DNA of 63,956 nucleotides, the filler included, from Vicugna vicugna (lineage: Eukaryota), in assembly GCA_013265495.1 (NCBI GenBank). It is 78 parts of 75 records of this genome, joined end to end, with 100 filler letters (N's around TTAATTAATTAA, not from the genome) between each part and the next. Parts side by side here need not be neighbours in the genome. Positions count along the whole stretch, not along the records: positions 49,312 to 50,044 come from PNXW01000492.1; positions 50,145 to 50,756 come from MU057490.1; positions 50,857 to 51,390 come from MU057490.1; positions 51,491 to 52,378 come from MU057492.1; positions 52,479 to 53,499 come from MU057495.1; positions 53,600 to 54,453 come from PNXW01000534.1; positions 54,554 to 55,483 come from MU057498.1; positions 55,584 to 55,832 come from PNXW01000537.1; 70 more parts are not named here. One strand, 5' to 3'. Position 1 is the stretch's first letter; every line of letters begins with the position of its first letter. Below, in pieces: positions 49,312 through 61,649 of this stretch. Both the position numbers and the translations under genes were made by a program. The notes below the pieces were generated by a model that was not told where the DNA came from, made no database searches, and saw nothing but the letters and a program-made list of their open reading frames with translations.

Positions 49312-50044
49312 ATCTGCAAGTGTGTTTCAGTTTTGTAGATGAAATCATAGTATCCTCATCCAATTTTTTTTTAAGTTTCCACATATATCATGTCATGTGT
49401 TATTTTTCTTTCTCTTTCTGGCTTACTTCAATTAGAATGACACATTATAGGCACATCCATTTTGCTGCAAATGTCATTGTTTTATCTTTTTTTATTTCAG
49501 AATATTATTCGATTGAGTAAATATGGCATAAATTCTGTATACTTTTATCTGTTTATGAACAATTAGGGTGCTTCTATGTCGTGGCTGTTGTATATAGCAC
49601 TACTAAGTACATTGAGGTGCAGGTGACATTTGGAATTAGGGTTCTCTTTGATATATACCCAGAAGTGGGGTTGCTGGATCTTATGTTAAGTCTATTTTTA
49701 TTCTTTTGAGGAACCCTCATCCTGTTTTCCACAATGATAGCACCAAACTACATTCCTACCAACAGTGTAGGAGGGTTCCCTTTCTCCACAGCTTCCCCAG
49801 CATTTATTGTCTGTGGACTTTTGAATGATGGCCATTGTGACTGTTGGGAGGTGATACTTTATTATAGTTTTGGATTGCCCTTCTCTGATAATGATAGTGA
49901 GCAATTTTTTTCGTATATCTGTGTGGGATTTGTATGTCCCTAATGGAGAATTGCTTGTTTAGGGCTTCTGCAGGCTTCTGCTCATTTTCAGATTGGGTAT
50001 CTTGTTTATTTTAAGTATTATTATTAGTTTGTATGAACTCTTTA
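49312..50044 (-). mobile_element. LINE-1 ORF2 C-terminal region
   Basis: Minus ORF ([38 protein letters not shown]) is the L1 ORF2p cysteine-rich region. Confidence 0.92.
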
Positions 50045-50249
50045 NNNNNNNNNNNNNNNNNNNNNNNNNNNNNNNNNNNNNNNNNNNNTTAATTAATTAA
50101 NNNNNNNNNNNNNNNNNNNNNNNNNNNNNNNNNNNNNNNNNNNNGGTGTCTGCAGGGCAGCTTGCGCCTGTAGAGGAGGTCAGATGCACAGGCGTGAGTG
50201 GGGAGGAGCCATGCTGTCATGGTAGCGGCATCAGACTGGAGCAAGGAGA

Positions 50250-50345
50250 CAGGAGTCCCAGCCTCTGTACCTCCAACTTACTGTTTCATCACTGGTGAGA
50301 TACATCATCTCCTTGCAGCCTCAGTTTCCTCTCTGCAAAACTACG
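50250..50345. mobile_element. MIR SINE core fragment
   Basis: GCCTCAGTTTCCTCTCTGCAAAA resembles the MIR core motif. Confidence 0.6.
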
Positions 50346-50384
50346 CTTAAAGTCATCAAAATGTTTTGTTAAAATACAGACATG

Positions 50385-50756
50385 GATTTCTGATTCTGGA
50401 AAGATGGAGTAGATGTTCTTTTCTACATTCCTTCTGCTAAGTGCAGTTAAGCCCTGGACATTCTATATAAAACAAACATAAGATTCTGAAAGGTGGAGAG
50501 AAGGCAGACCAGCTAGGGCCCTTGGGTCTTGAGCATTGACACAGGAGTGATCTCTCTGGGTTTTCTTTTTGCTCCCTGTATCCCAGACTTGGAGCTGAAG
50601 AAGTAGGTAGCCAGGGAATGCCAATGGACACAGGTTTTTTTTTTTAATGAAAGTCCTGGTAAAAGCCTACTCTAAGTGTGGGTCCAGGAGAATGACAACC
50701 TAGCAAGATAGAAACTTTTAGACAGTAGCTGCTCTACTCCAGCCAAACAGCACAGA
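50385..50756 (+). mobile_element. Ancient L1M 5' end fragment
   Basis: TTCTGATTCTGGAAAGATGGAGTAG..AAGATTCTGAAAGGTGGAGAGAAGGCAGAC. Confidence 0.55.
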
Positions 50757-51490
50757 NNNNNNNNNNNNNNNNNNNNNNNNNNNNNNNNNNNNNNNNNNNN
50801 TTAATTAATTAANNNNNNNNNNNNNNNNNNNNNNNNNNNNNNNNNNNNNNNNNNNNCAGCAGCAGACATGCTGGGAAAACCTAGACTGACATGCCCAGAC
50901 ATTCTCCAGTTGGAACTTCACCTGTGACCACCCCGATAATGGGGGGAGTCCTCCTGCTGCCCCCTGCCTTATTCTGTTTGATTCTGCCTTATTTCTAAAC
51001 CCTTGCAGCCTAGAATTGTCAACACACACCTACTAGTGCACATGCACAAGCAGAAATTACTCTGCACTTGTATATTAATGAAGAAAAGCAGCAGTATAGA
51101 AGGAGGTTGCTTTTTTCCACTGGCATGTTCTACTAGACAGTGACTCACACCCATCTTGTTTCATTCACTCATGCATGGAGCCTCCCCTCTTCCCTACACA
51201 TTCCAGCTCACACCCTTACATTACGTCTTTCCCTCACTATAAGAGATTTACTCCCTGCACCAGCGCTGCCTTCCTAAGAGATGGACTCAGAGAATGCAAA
51301 TGTTCATAGGGATGTGGATGTGTCCCTGCATTGTGGGAAACTCCACAGTGGGGTCAGAAGTTATTTAAATAATATAACTGCATAGTGCAGNNNNNNNNNN
51401 NNNNNNNNNNNNNNNNNNNNNNNNNNNNNNNNNNTTAATTAATTAANNNNNNNNNNNNNNNNNNNNNNNNNNNNNNNNNNNNNNNNNNNN

Positions 51491-52378
51491 AACCATTGGT
51501 GAAGGAAATTAAAAAAAAAATTTAAGAAATGGAAAGTTATCCCATTCTCTTGGATTGCAAGAATCAATATTGTTAAAAAGGTCACACTGCCCAAGGCAAT
51601 CTACAGATTTAATGCAATCCCTATCAAATTACCCAGGACATATTTCACAGAACTAGAACAAATCACAATAAAATTTATATGGAACCAATAAAGACATAGA
51701 ATTTCCAGAGCATTAACGAANNNNNNNNNNNNNNNNNNNNNNNNNNNNNNNNNNNNNNNNNNNNNNNNNNNNNNNNNNNNNNNNNNNNNNNNNNNNNNNN
51801 NNNNNNNNNNNNNNNNNNNNNNNNNNNNNNNNNNNNNNNNNNNNNNNNNNNNNNNNNNNNNNNNNNNNNNNNNNNNNNNNNNNNNNNNNNNNNNNNNNNN
51901 NNNNNNNNNNNNNNNNNNNNNNNNNNNNNNNNNNNNNNNNNNNNNNNNNNNNNNNNNNNNNNNNNNNNNNNNNNNNNNNNNNNNNNNNNNNNNNNNNNNN
52001 NNNNNNNNNNNNNNNNNNNNNNNNNNNNNNNNNNNNNNNNNNNNNNNNNNNNNNNNNNNNNNNNNNNNNNNNNNNNNNNNNNNNNNNNNNNNNNNNNNNN
52101 NNNNNNNNNNNNNNNNNNNNNNNNNNNNNNNNNNNNNNNNNNNNNNNNNNNNNNNNNNNNNNNNNNNNNNNNNNNNNNNNNNNNNNNNNNNNNNNNNNNN
52201 CCAGAATATAAGCTCAAATGACTTAATAAGAAACAACCAAGTAACCCAATCCAAAAATTGACAGAAGACCTAAACAAGCAATTCTCCAAGGAAGACATAC
52301 AAATGATCAATGGGAACAGAAAAAAAGGCTCAGTATCACTAATTATCAAAGAAATGTAAATCAAAACTACAATGAGGT
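51491..52378 (+). mobile_element. LINE-1 ORF2 fragment (relatively young)
   Basis: CTGCCCAAGGCAATCTACAGATTTAATGCAATCCCTATCAAATTACC encodes [16 protein letters not shown]. Confidence 0.93.
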
Positions 52379-52478
52379 NNNNNNNNNNNNNNNNNNNNNN
52401 NNNNNNNNNNNNNNNNNNNNNNTTAATTAATTAANNNNNNNNNNNNNNNNNNNNNNNNNNNNNNNNNNNNNNNNNNNN

Positions 52479-53499
52479 CCCTGTAAAGAAATTGTTTTAA
52501 TGTTTAAAAAATCTATAGTGAAAAGACAATGTGAGAATAGTAGAAAAATTTTGCAAAGCATGTATCTAATAAGAGAGTAGTACCCAGAATATATAACAAA
52601 TGCTTAGAACTGAACAAAACAAAAAAATAGACCCAATTTTTAAATTTACCACGAATTTAAATAGATATACAAATGGCCAATAAGCATTTGAAAAGATGCT
52701 CAGCATCACTAGCCAAATCAAAATCAAAATACTCATTTTACACCCACTAGGATGGTTATAATCAAAACATGGACAATAACAAGTGTCAGTCAGGAGGCAG
52801 AGAAACCTCATTTGCAGCCAGAGGAAAGGGACAATGGTGCAGCTTCTTTGGAGAAGACGGGTATTTCCTCAAAAGCTTAGAGTTATATGGCTCAGCAATT
52901 CCACTCCTATATATAGAGTCATCCCTCAGTATCCTCGGGGGGTTGGTTTAAGGAATCCCCCACCCTGGATACCATTATCCAAGGATGCTCGAGTCCCTTT
53001 ACAATCAGACATCTAGATCCATGTAGTGGAAACTATAGNNNNNNNNNNNNNNNNNNNNNNNNNNNNNNNNNNNNNNNNNNNNNNNNACTCATAGCAATTC
53101 AGAGTAGCCAAAAGTTACTAACAATATCCATCCATCAATGAATGGATAAACAAAATTACCAAGAATAGTCCGACAAACTTTTGGTCATTGAATCTTTGAC
53201 AAAGGAAAGGAGGNNNNNNNNNNNNNNNNNNNNNNNNNNNNNNNNNNNNNNNNNNNNNNNNNNNNNNNNNNNNNNNNNNNNNNNNNNNNNNNNNNNNNNN
53301 NNNNNNNNNNNNNNNNNNNNNNNNNNNNNNNNNNNNNNNNNNNNNNNNNNNNNNNNNNNNNNNNNNNNNNNNNCTCAGCAATGCTAGAGCAGTCTACTCA
53401 AGCAATAGAAATACAAGCAAAAATTTAAAGTGGGATCTAATTAAACTTACAAGCTTTTGCACAGCTAAGGAAACAGTAAGCAAAACTAAAAGAAAAGAC
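52479..53499 (+). mobile_element. LINE-1 fragments (old 3' region plus younger ORF2 pieces)
   Basis: GAAAAGATGCTCAGCATCACTAG, CTCAGCAATTCCACTCCTA, TGGGATCTAATTAAACTTACAAGCTTTTGCACAGC. Confidence 0.85.
52916..53038 (+). mobile_element. MER2-like TcMar-Tigger DNA transposon, 5' end, nested in L1
   Basis: TA followed by GAGTCATCCCTCAGTATCCTCGGGGGTTGGTT..GGATACCA..TCCAAGGATGCTCGAGTCCCTT, matching the recalled MER2 5' end. Confidence 0.75.
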
Positions 53500-53599
53500 N
53501 NNNNNNNNNNNNNNNNNNNNNNNNNNNNNNNNNNNNNNNNNNNTTAATTAATTAANNNNNNNNNNNNNNNNNNNNNNNNNNNNNNNNNNNNNNNNNNNN

Positions 53600-54453
53600 A
53601 ATATAGTATACAGAAATAGAATATAGAATACAGAATGAAGAACATAGAATTTAGAACATGGAATGCAGTACACAATTTAGAATATTTAATACAGAATACA
53701 GAATACAGAATGTAGAACACAGAATGCAGAACACAGAATATAAAATATAGAATACAAAATGCAGAATATAGAATTTAGTATACAGAATACAGAAACCAGA
53801 ATTGAGTACTTGGAATGCAGAACACAATTTAAAATATAGAATACAGAGTACAGAAAACAAAATGTAGAATATAGAATATAAAACACAGAATATTGAATAT
53901 AGAATGCAGAACCCGGAATTTAGAACATGGAATGCAGAACACAATTTAGAGTATTGAATACAGAATACAGAATACCGAATGTAGAGTATAGAATGTAGAA
54001 AAGAGAATATGGAATATAGAATATAGAATACAGAACGCAGAATTTTGAAGATGGAATTCAGAACACAGAATATAGAATATAGAATACAGAAATAGAATGT
54101 GGAATATAGAATGTAGAACACAGAATATAGAATTTATAATACAGAATACAGAATATAGAATGTAGAATACAGAACGTAGAACACTGATTATAGAATATAG
54201 AAAAACAATATACAGAATCCAGAATTTAGAACATATCAGAACAGAAAGAATATAGAATACACAATATAGAAGAAATATACAGAATGTATAACACAGAATA
54301 TAGAATATAGATTACAGAACGTAGAACCCAGAATTTAGAACATGGAACGCAGAGAACAGAATGTAGAATATAAAATACAGAATACAGAATATAGAATGTA
54401 GACAACAAAATGTACAACACAGAATATAGAATATAGAATACAGAACGCAGAAC
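53600..54453 (+). repeat. Satellite family E heptamer
   Basis: About 850 bp of uninterrupted AGAAYNN array. Confidence 0.96.
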
Positions 54454-54553
54454 NNNNNNNNNNNNNNNNNNNNNNNNNNNNNNNNNNNNNNNNNNNNTTA
54501 ATTAATTAANNNNNNNNNNNNNNNNNNNNNNNNNNNNNNNNNNNNNNNNNNNN

Positions 54554-55483
54554 CAGCAGCACCTGGGATCTAATAGAATCACTTGGCTTGACTTCCCTCA
54601 GTCTTTCCATAGGCCGGGCTGTGAGCGAAGGTGTGGTTGGACACTAAACCAAAGTAATAGCGAGTGCCCCTCTATGAGCAGTGGAAGTGTTTAACTACAT
54701 CCCCAGCCTGTGAAATCCTGTGCCCCCAGAAAGAAGCGTGGACTCTGTTTCCCTCCTCCAGCACACACACGGCATTGGGTTCACATGTCTTGAGTGTGGG
54801 GAGGTTCTTCCCACTAACAGCAGCGCCTGGGTTCTAATACAATACCTTAAATTGTCTTCCATGATGGANNNNNNNNNNNNNNNNNNNNNNNNNNNNNNNN
54901 NNNNNNNNNNNNNNNNNNNNNNNNNNNNNNNNNNNNNNNNNNNNNNNNNNNNNNNNNNNNNNNNNNNNNNNNNNNNNNNNNNNNNNNNNNNNNNNNNNNN
55001 NNNNNNNNNNNNNNNNNNNNNNNNNNNNNNNNNNNNNNNNNNNNNNNNNNNNNNNNNNNNNNNNNNNNNNNNNNNNNNNNNNNNNNNNNNNNNNNNNNNN
55101 NNNNNNNNNNNNNNNNNNNNNNNNNNNNNNNNNNNNNNNNNNNNNNNNNNNNNNNNNNNNNNNNNNNNNNNNNNNNNNNNNNNNNNNNNNNNNNNNNNNN
55201 NNNNNNNNNNNNNNNNNNNNNNNCAACCTTGGAACACCTGTGCCCCATAAAGATGCGTGGAATCTGTTTCCCCACCTCCAGCACACACACGGAGACGTGC
55301 TCAGGTATCCTGATTGTGGGGAGGCTGCTCCAAATGACATCAGCGCCTGGGTTGTAATAGAATCCCTTAGCTGGTCCTCCCTGATGGTATGCCAAGGCTG
55401 GAGAGAGTGGGAAAGTGGGGTTTGGGCTCTAAACCAAATATAAGCGAGAGCCTATCCATGGGATGTGGGTTTTTAACCTACAA
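54554..55483 (-). repeat. Satellite family B
   Basis: CAGCAGCGCCTGGGTTCTAATA, CTCCAGCACACACACG. Confidence 0.92.
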
Positions 55484-55932
55484 NNNNNNNNNNNNNNNNN
55501 NNNNNNNNNNNNNNNNNNNNNNNNNNNTTAATTAATTAANNNNNNNNNNNNNNNNNNNNNNNNNNNNNNNNNNNNNNNNNNNNAGGTATAGTTATGAGAC
55601 TCAACTTTGGCACCCAATGACCTTGAATCAATCCCTTAATTTATGTGAGAAGCAATTACTTAATTTATAAATAGCAAAAAAAGATACATACCTCAGGATT
55701 CTTTAAATTTATAAGCAACCTAAGCCAATATCCACTATATATGCTAATATAATATATACCATAATGTGTATATATAATATGTGTGTGTAATAATGTGTAC
55801 ATAAATAAATTATAAGAATTTTTATATAATTANNNNNNNNNNNNNNNNNNNNNNNNNNNNNNNNNNNNNNNNNNNNTTAATTAATTAANNNNNNNNNNNN
55901 NNNNNNNNNNNNNNNNNNNNNNNNNNNNNNNN

Positions 55933-56885
55933 ACATTCCCCCGCACTCCCGCCTAGGTTAGCCATCAGTGAAGACAATTTGATGGATTGTATTAGAACCC
56001 AGGCCCTGCTTCCAGTTTTAGGTGCCTCCCCACACTCAGGAAACCTCAACCCGTTTTCGTGTGTGTGCTGGAGGTGGGGAAACAGAGTCCACGCATTTTT
56101 GGGGGGGCACAGGTGTTCCAAGTTTGGGGATGAATTTTAAACACCTCCAATGCCCATAGAGAGGCACTCGCTATTACTAGACTTTAGTGCCCAACACACA
56201 CCTTCGCTCAAAGCCTGGCCAGATGAAACACTCAGGGAAAGCAAGCCAAGTGGCATTTTAAGGTCCCAGGTGCAGCTGTCAGTTGGAGGTGCCTACCCAC
56301 ACTCAGTATTAGAGAACTGTTCTTCGTGGGTGTGCTGGAGGTGGGGTAAGGGAGACCACGCATTTATATGGGGGGCAGGTGTTTAAAAGTTAGGGATGTA
56401 GTTTTTAAATCTCCATGCCAATAGAGAGGCACTCGCTAAAACCTAGCTATAGAGACCAAACCNNNNNNNNNNNNNNNNNNNNNNNNNNNNNNNNNNNNNN
56501 NNNNNNNNNNNNNNNNNNNNNNNNNNNNNNNNNNNNNNNNNNNNNNNNNNNNNNNNNNNNNNNNNNNNNNNNNNNNNNNNNNNNNNNNNNNNNNNNNNNN
56601 NNNNNNNNNNNNNNNNNNNNNNNNNNNNNNNNNNNNNNNNNNNNNNNNNNNNNNNNNNNNNNNNNNNNNNNNNNNNNNNNNNNNNNNNNNNNNNNNNNNN
56701 NNNNNNNNNNNNNNNNNNNNNNNNNNNNNNNNNNNNNNNNNNNNNNNNNNNNNNNNNNNNNNNNNNNNNNNNNNNNNNNNNNNNNNNNNNNNNNNNNNNN
56801 NNNNNNNAGAACACTGGCACTGATTTATGCTGGAGGAACATTCCCACTCTCATATTCCGGTAGCCAGACTTGTAGGGGGAGGGAA
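55933..56885 (+). repeat. Satellite family B
   Basis: GTGTGCTGGAGGTGGGG repeated at ~264-bp spacing. Confidence 0.92.
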
Positions 56886-56985
56886 NNNNNNNNNNNNNNN
56901 NNNNNNNNNNNNNNNNNNNNNNNNNNNNNTTAATTAATTAANNNNNNNNNNNNNNNNNNNNNNNNNNNNNNNNNNNNNNNNNNNN

Positions 56986-57344
56986 TCCCAGGTGCTGCTG
57001 TCAGTTGGAGGAGCCTCCCCACAATCAGGAGACCAGAAAAGTTCTTCATTTGTGTCCTGGAGGTTGGGAAACAAATTCCACGTTTATTTATTGGATCACA
57101 GGTGTTCCCAGGTTGGGGATGTAGGTAAACACTTCCACTGCCCATAGACAGGCACTCGCTATTACTTTGGTTTAGTGCCCAACCCCACCTTAACTCACAT
57201 CGCGGCCAAAGGAAACAATCAGGGATTTCAATCCAAGAGATTATATTAAATCCCAGGTGCTGCCGTCAGTTGTAAGAGCCTCCCCACATTTAGGATAGCT
57301 GACGAGTTCTTCGTGTGTGTGCTGGAGTGGGGAAACAGATCTAC
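56986..57344 (+). repeat. Satellite family B
   Basis: TCCCAGGTGCTGC at 56986 and 57251 (spacing 265). Confidence 0.92.
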
Positions 57345-57719
57345 NNNNNNNNNNNNNNNNNNNNNNNNNNNNNNNNNNNNNNNNNNNNTTAATTAATTAA
57401 NNNNNNNNNNNNNNNNNNNNNNNNNNNNNNNNNNNNNNNNNNNNTGCAGGCCTGGACCAAATCCGATAAAGACACCCGGACAAGTTCAGTAAAATACAAA
57501 CAAATTTTTCTCTCTGCAAGACTGAAATGTCTGTGAAGCTATAAAAACATCTGCACCTACAAAAATATGGAACCAACTCATCAATAACATATCTATCCAT
57601 AATGCATGGACATTCAAAATAAATACTGTATTTACTCCTATTAAATTCTATCTGGCTTTTGCCAAACTGTGTCCTAAACTGAAAGGAAAGTAGGTAAATG
57701 TAGAGAATTTTTTACCTTT

Positions 57720-58151
57720 TAAGAGAAAAAGGAACCCTCCTACTCGGTTGGTGGGAATGTAAATTGGTGCAGCCTCTATGGAGTACAGAATAGAGGTTCC
57801 ATAAAAAAATGAAAATAGACTTCCGTGTGATCCAGCAATCCCATTCATGGGTATATGTTTGGAGAAAAATTTAATTCAAAAAGACACATGCACCCCAATG
57901 TTCACAGCAGCACTATTTAAAATAGCCAAGACACTGAAACAACCCAAAGAAACAACCCAAATGTTCACTGACAGATGACTGGATAAAGAAGTTGTGGTAT
58001 ATTACATATATATGTATATGTATATATACATGTATACATATATATACACACGCATATATACACATGGACACACACAAAAATGGAATACTGTTCAGCCATT
58101 AAAAAATAAATAATGCCATTTGCAATAACATGGATGGACCTACAGGGTATT
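57720..58151 (+). mobile_element. LINE-1 ORF2 C-terminal fragment with an internal (TA/CA)n microsatellite
   Basis: TGTGATCCAGCAATCCCA, ATGCACCCCAATGTTCACAGCAGCACTATTT. Confidence 0.9.
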
Positions 58152-59140
58152 NNNNNNNNNNNNNNNNNNNNNNNNNNNNNNNNNNNNNNNNNNNNTTAAT
58201 TAATTAANNNNNNNNNNNNNNNNNNNNNNNNNNNNNNNNNNNNNNNNNNNNCTTAATTTTAAAACATATCTGAGCAGTAATTCTATATTACCTTTTTCCT
58301 CATGAAACGAACAACACAGTCTGTTGTCAAAATTCTGTCCTTACAATGATTCACGAGCACCGTATCCTCACAAAACTGCTGGACAGCAAGGCACTATCCA
58401 GACACTGTGACCCAACAAATGAAACACAAGGAAGACAGTGACACTATTCTGGGGGGCTTATAGNNNNNNNNNNNNNNNNNNNNNNNNNNNNNNNNNNNNN
58501 NNNNNNNNNNNNNNNNNNNNNNNNNNNNNNNNNNNNNNNNNNNNNNNNNNNNNNNNNNNNNNNNNNNNNNNNNNNNNNNNNNNNNNNNNNNNNNNNNNNN
58601 NNNNNNNNNNNNNNNNNNNNNNNNNNNNNNNNNNNNNNNNNNNNNNNNNNNNNNNNNNNNNNNNNNNNNNNNNNNNNNNNNNNNNNNNNNNNNNNNNNNN
58701 NNNNNNNNNNNNNNNNNNNNNNNNNNNNNNNNNNNNNNNNNNNNNNNNNNNNNNNNNNNNNNNNNNNNNNNNNNNNNNNNNNNNNNNNNNNNNNNNNNNN
58801 NNNNNNNNNNNNNNNNNNNNNNNNNNNNNNNNNNNNNNNNNNNNNNNNNNNNNNNNNNNNNNNNNNNNNNNNNNNNNNNNNNNNNNNNNNNNNNNNNNNN
58901 NNNNNNNNNNNNNNNNNNNNNNNNNNNNAACAACAGCACCCGTCTCCTAGAACGGTCCTAAGAAATAAGTTATTTTATACATACGAGCTTAAATCAAATA
59001 CCTCAGATATTAAATGTTACCCCAAAAGCACAAGGAAAAANNNNNNNNNNNNNNNNNNNNNNNNNNNNNNNNNNNNNNNNNNNNTTAATTAATTAANNNN
59101 NNNNNNNNNNNNNNNNNNNNNNNNNNNNNNNNNNNNNNNN

Positions 59141-59683
59141 TCGTGTGTGTTCTGGAGCTGGGAAAGATATTCCACGCATCTTTATAGGGGCACAGGGATT
59201 CCAATGTTGGGGATTTGGTTTAAACACCTCCACTGCCCATAGAGGGGCACTCGCTAATCCTTGTCTTTAGGGCTCAACCACCACATTCGCTTACAGCCCG
59301 GCCTTGGTAAACACTCAAGGAAGTCAAGCTAACGGATTCTATTAGACCTCAGGTGCTGCTGTCATTTGGAGGAAACTCCCCACATTCAGGATAGAAGAAC
59401 ACTTCCTCGTTTGTGTGCTGGAGGTGGAGAGTCCAGGCTCAGGTGGCACATGTATTCCTACGATACTGGTTGTAGTTAAATTTCTCAACTTCACATGTAG
59501 ATGCATTGGCTAATACTTGGTATTAGAGCCGAAACCCTACATTCCCCTGCACTCCAGCATAGGAAACCATCAGGGAAGGCAAGTTAAGGGATTCAAGAAC
59601 AAAGGCTCTGCTGACTGTAGGAGGAACGTCCCAAAACTCAGGAATCCGGAACACAACTCTTTGTGGCGGGGAGATGTGGAGCC
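59141..59683 (+). repeat. Satellite family B
   Basis: Colinear with 23592-24111 and overlaps the start of 33374. Confidence 0.93.
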
Positions 59684-59783
59684 NNNNNNNNNNNNNNNNN
59701 NNNNNNNNNNNNNNNNNNNNNNNNNNNTTAATTAATTAANNNNNNNNNNNNNNNNNNNNNNNNNNNNNNNNNNNNNNNNNNNN

Positions 59784-60675
59784 TCATTCTATGAAGCCAC
59801 CATCACCCTGATACCAAAACCAGGAAAAGACACTACAAAAAAAGAGAATTATAGGCCAATATCACTGATGAACATTGACGCCAAAATCCTCACCAAAATT
59901 TTAGCAAATAGAATCCAACAACAGATAAAAAAGATTATACATCATGACCAAGTGGGGTTCTTCCCAGGGACACAAGGGTGTTACAACATACACAAATCAA
60001 TCAATGTAATACATCATATCAAGAAGAGAAAGGGCAAAAACCACATGATCATCTCAATTGATGCAGAAAAAGAATTTGATAAAATTCAACATCCATTTAT
60101 GATAAAAAAACTCTCACCAAAGTGGGTATAGAGGGAACGTATCTCAACATAATAAAAGCTATATATGACAAACCTACAGCCAGCATAGTNNNNNNNNNNN
60201 NNNNNNNNNNNNNNNNNNNNNNNNNNNNNNNNNNNNNNNNNNNNNNNNNNNNNNNNNNNNNNNNNNNNNNNNNNNNNNNNNNNNNNNNNNNNNNNNNNNN
60301 NNNNNNNNNNNNNNNNNNNNNNNNNNNNNNNNNNNNNNNNNNNNNNNNNNNNNNNNNNNNNNNNNNNNNNNNNNNNNNNNNNNNNNNNNNNNNNNNNNNN
60401 NNNNNNNNNNNNNNNNNNNNNNNNNNNNNNNNNNNNNNNNNNNNNNNNNNNNNNNNNNNNNNNNNNNNNNNNNNNNNNNNNNNNNNNNNNNNNNNNNNNN
60501 NNNNNNNNNNNNNNNNNNNNNNNNNNNNNNNNNNNNNNNNNNNNNNNNAAATATCTGGAATCCAACCAAGGAGGTGAACGAATTATACACAGAAAACTAT
60601 AAACCATTGATGAAGGAAATTAAAGAAGATTTTAAAAAATGGAAAGATATTCCATGCTCCTGTATTGGATTGGAA
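59784..60675 (+). mobile_element. LINE-1 ORF2 reverse transcriptase fragment (frameshifted)
   Basis: [37 protein letters not shown]...[23 protein letters not shown]; frame change near 60110. Confidence 0.96.
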
Positions 60676-60775
60676 NNNNNNNNNNNNNNNNNNNNNNNNN
60701 NNNNNNNNNNNNNNNNNNNTTAATTAATTAANNNNNNNNNNNNNNNNNNNNNNNNNNNNNNNNNNNNNNNNNNNN

Positions 60776-61549
60776 ATTCCTCAGTCAATCGGATGGCACA
60801 AGCTGCTACTTGGCCTCCAAATCCAACCCCCAGTTTCGCTCGCAGCCCGGCATAGGGAAACACTCAGGGAATACAAGCTGAGTTATTCTATTCGAACGCA
60901 GGCGCTGCTGTCAGTTGGAGGAACTTCCACACACTCAGGATTCCGGATCCCAGCCTTGTGTGTGGGGGNNNNNNNNNNNNNNNNNNNNNNNNNNNNNNNN
61001 NNNNNNNNNNNNNNNNNNNNNNNNNNNNNNNNNNNNNNNNNNNNNNNNNNNNNNNNNNNNNNNNNNNNNNNNNNNNNNNNNNNNNNNNNNNNNNNNNNNN
61101 NNNNNNNNNNNNNNNNNNNNNNNNNNNNNNNNNNNNNNNNNNNNNNNNNNNNNNNNNNNNNNNNNNNNNNNNNNNNNNNNNNNNNNNNNNNNNNNNNNNN
61201 NNNNNNNNNNNNNNNNNNNNNNNNNNNNNNNNNNNNNNNNNNNNNNNNNNNNNNNNNNNNNNNNNNNNNNNNNNNNNNNNNNNNNNNNNNNNNNNNNNNN
61301 NNNNNNNNNNNNNNNNNNNNNNNNNNNNNNNNNNNNNNNNNNNNNNNNNNNNNNNNNNNNNNNNNNNNNNNNNNNNNNNNNNNNNNNNNNNNNNNNNNNN
61401 NNNNNNNNNNNNNNNNNNNNNNNNNNNNNNNNNNNNNNNNNNNNNNNNNNNNNNNNNNNNNNNNNNNNNNNNNNNNTCTTCTTCATTGCTGGAGGTTGGG
61501 AAACAGAGTTCACGCATTTTTCAAGGAGCACAGGTGTTCCCAGGTTGTG
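60776..61549 (+). repeat. Satellite family B
   Basis: CAGGCGCTGCTGTCAGTTGGAGGAACTTCCACACACTCAGGATTCCGG. Confidence 0.92.
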
Positions 61550-61649
61550 NNNNNNNNNNNNNNNNNNNNNNNNNNNNNNNNNNNNNNNNNNNNTTAATTA
61601 ATTAANNNNNNNNNNNNNNNNNNNNNNNNNNNNNNNNNNNNNNNNNNNN

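Noticed and set aside
53651..54121. Hydrophobic Y/I/L/F/C/S-rich membrane-protein-like ORFs (also 12545-12817, 20075-20873)
   Set aside because: They are antisense translations of the heptamer satellite.
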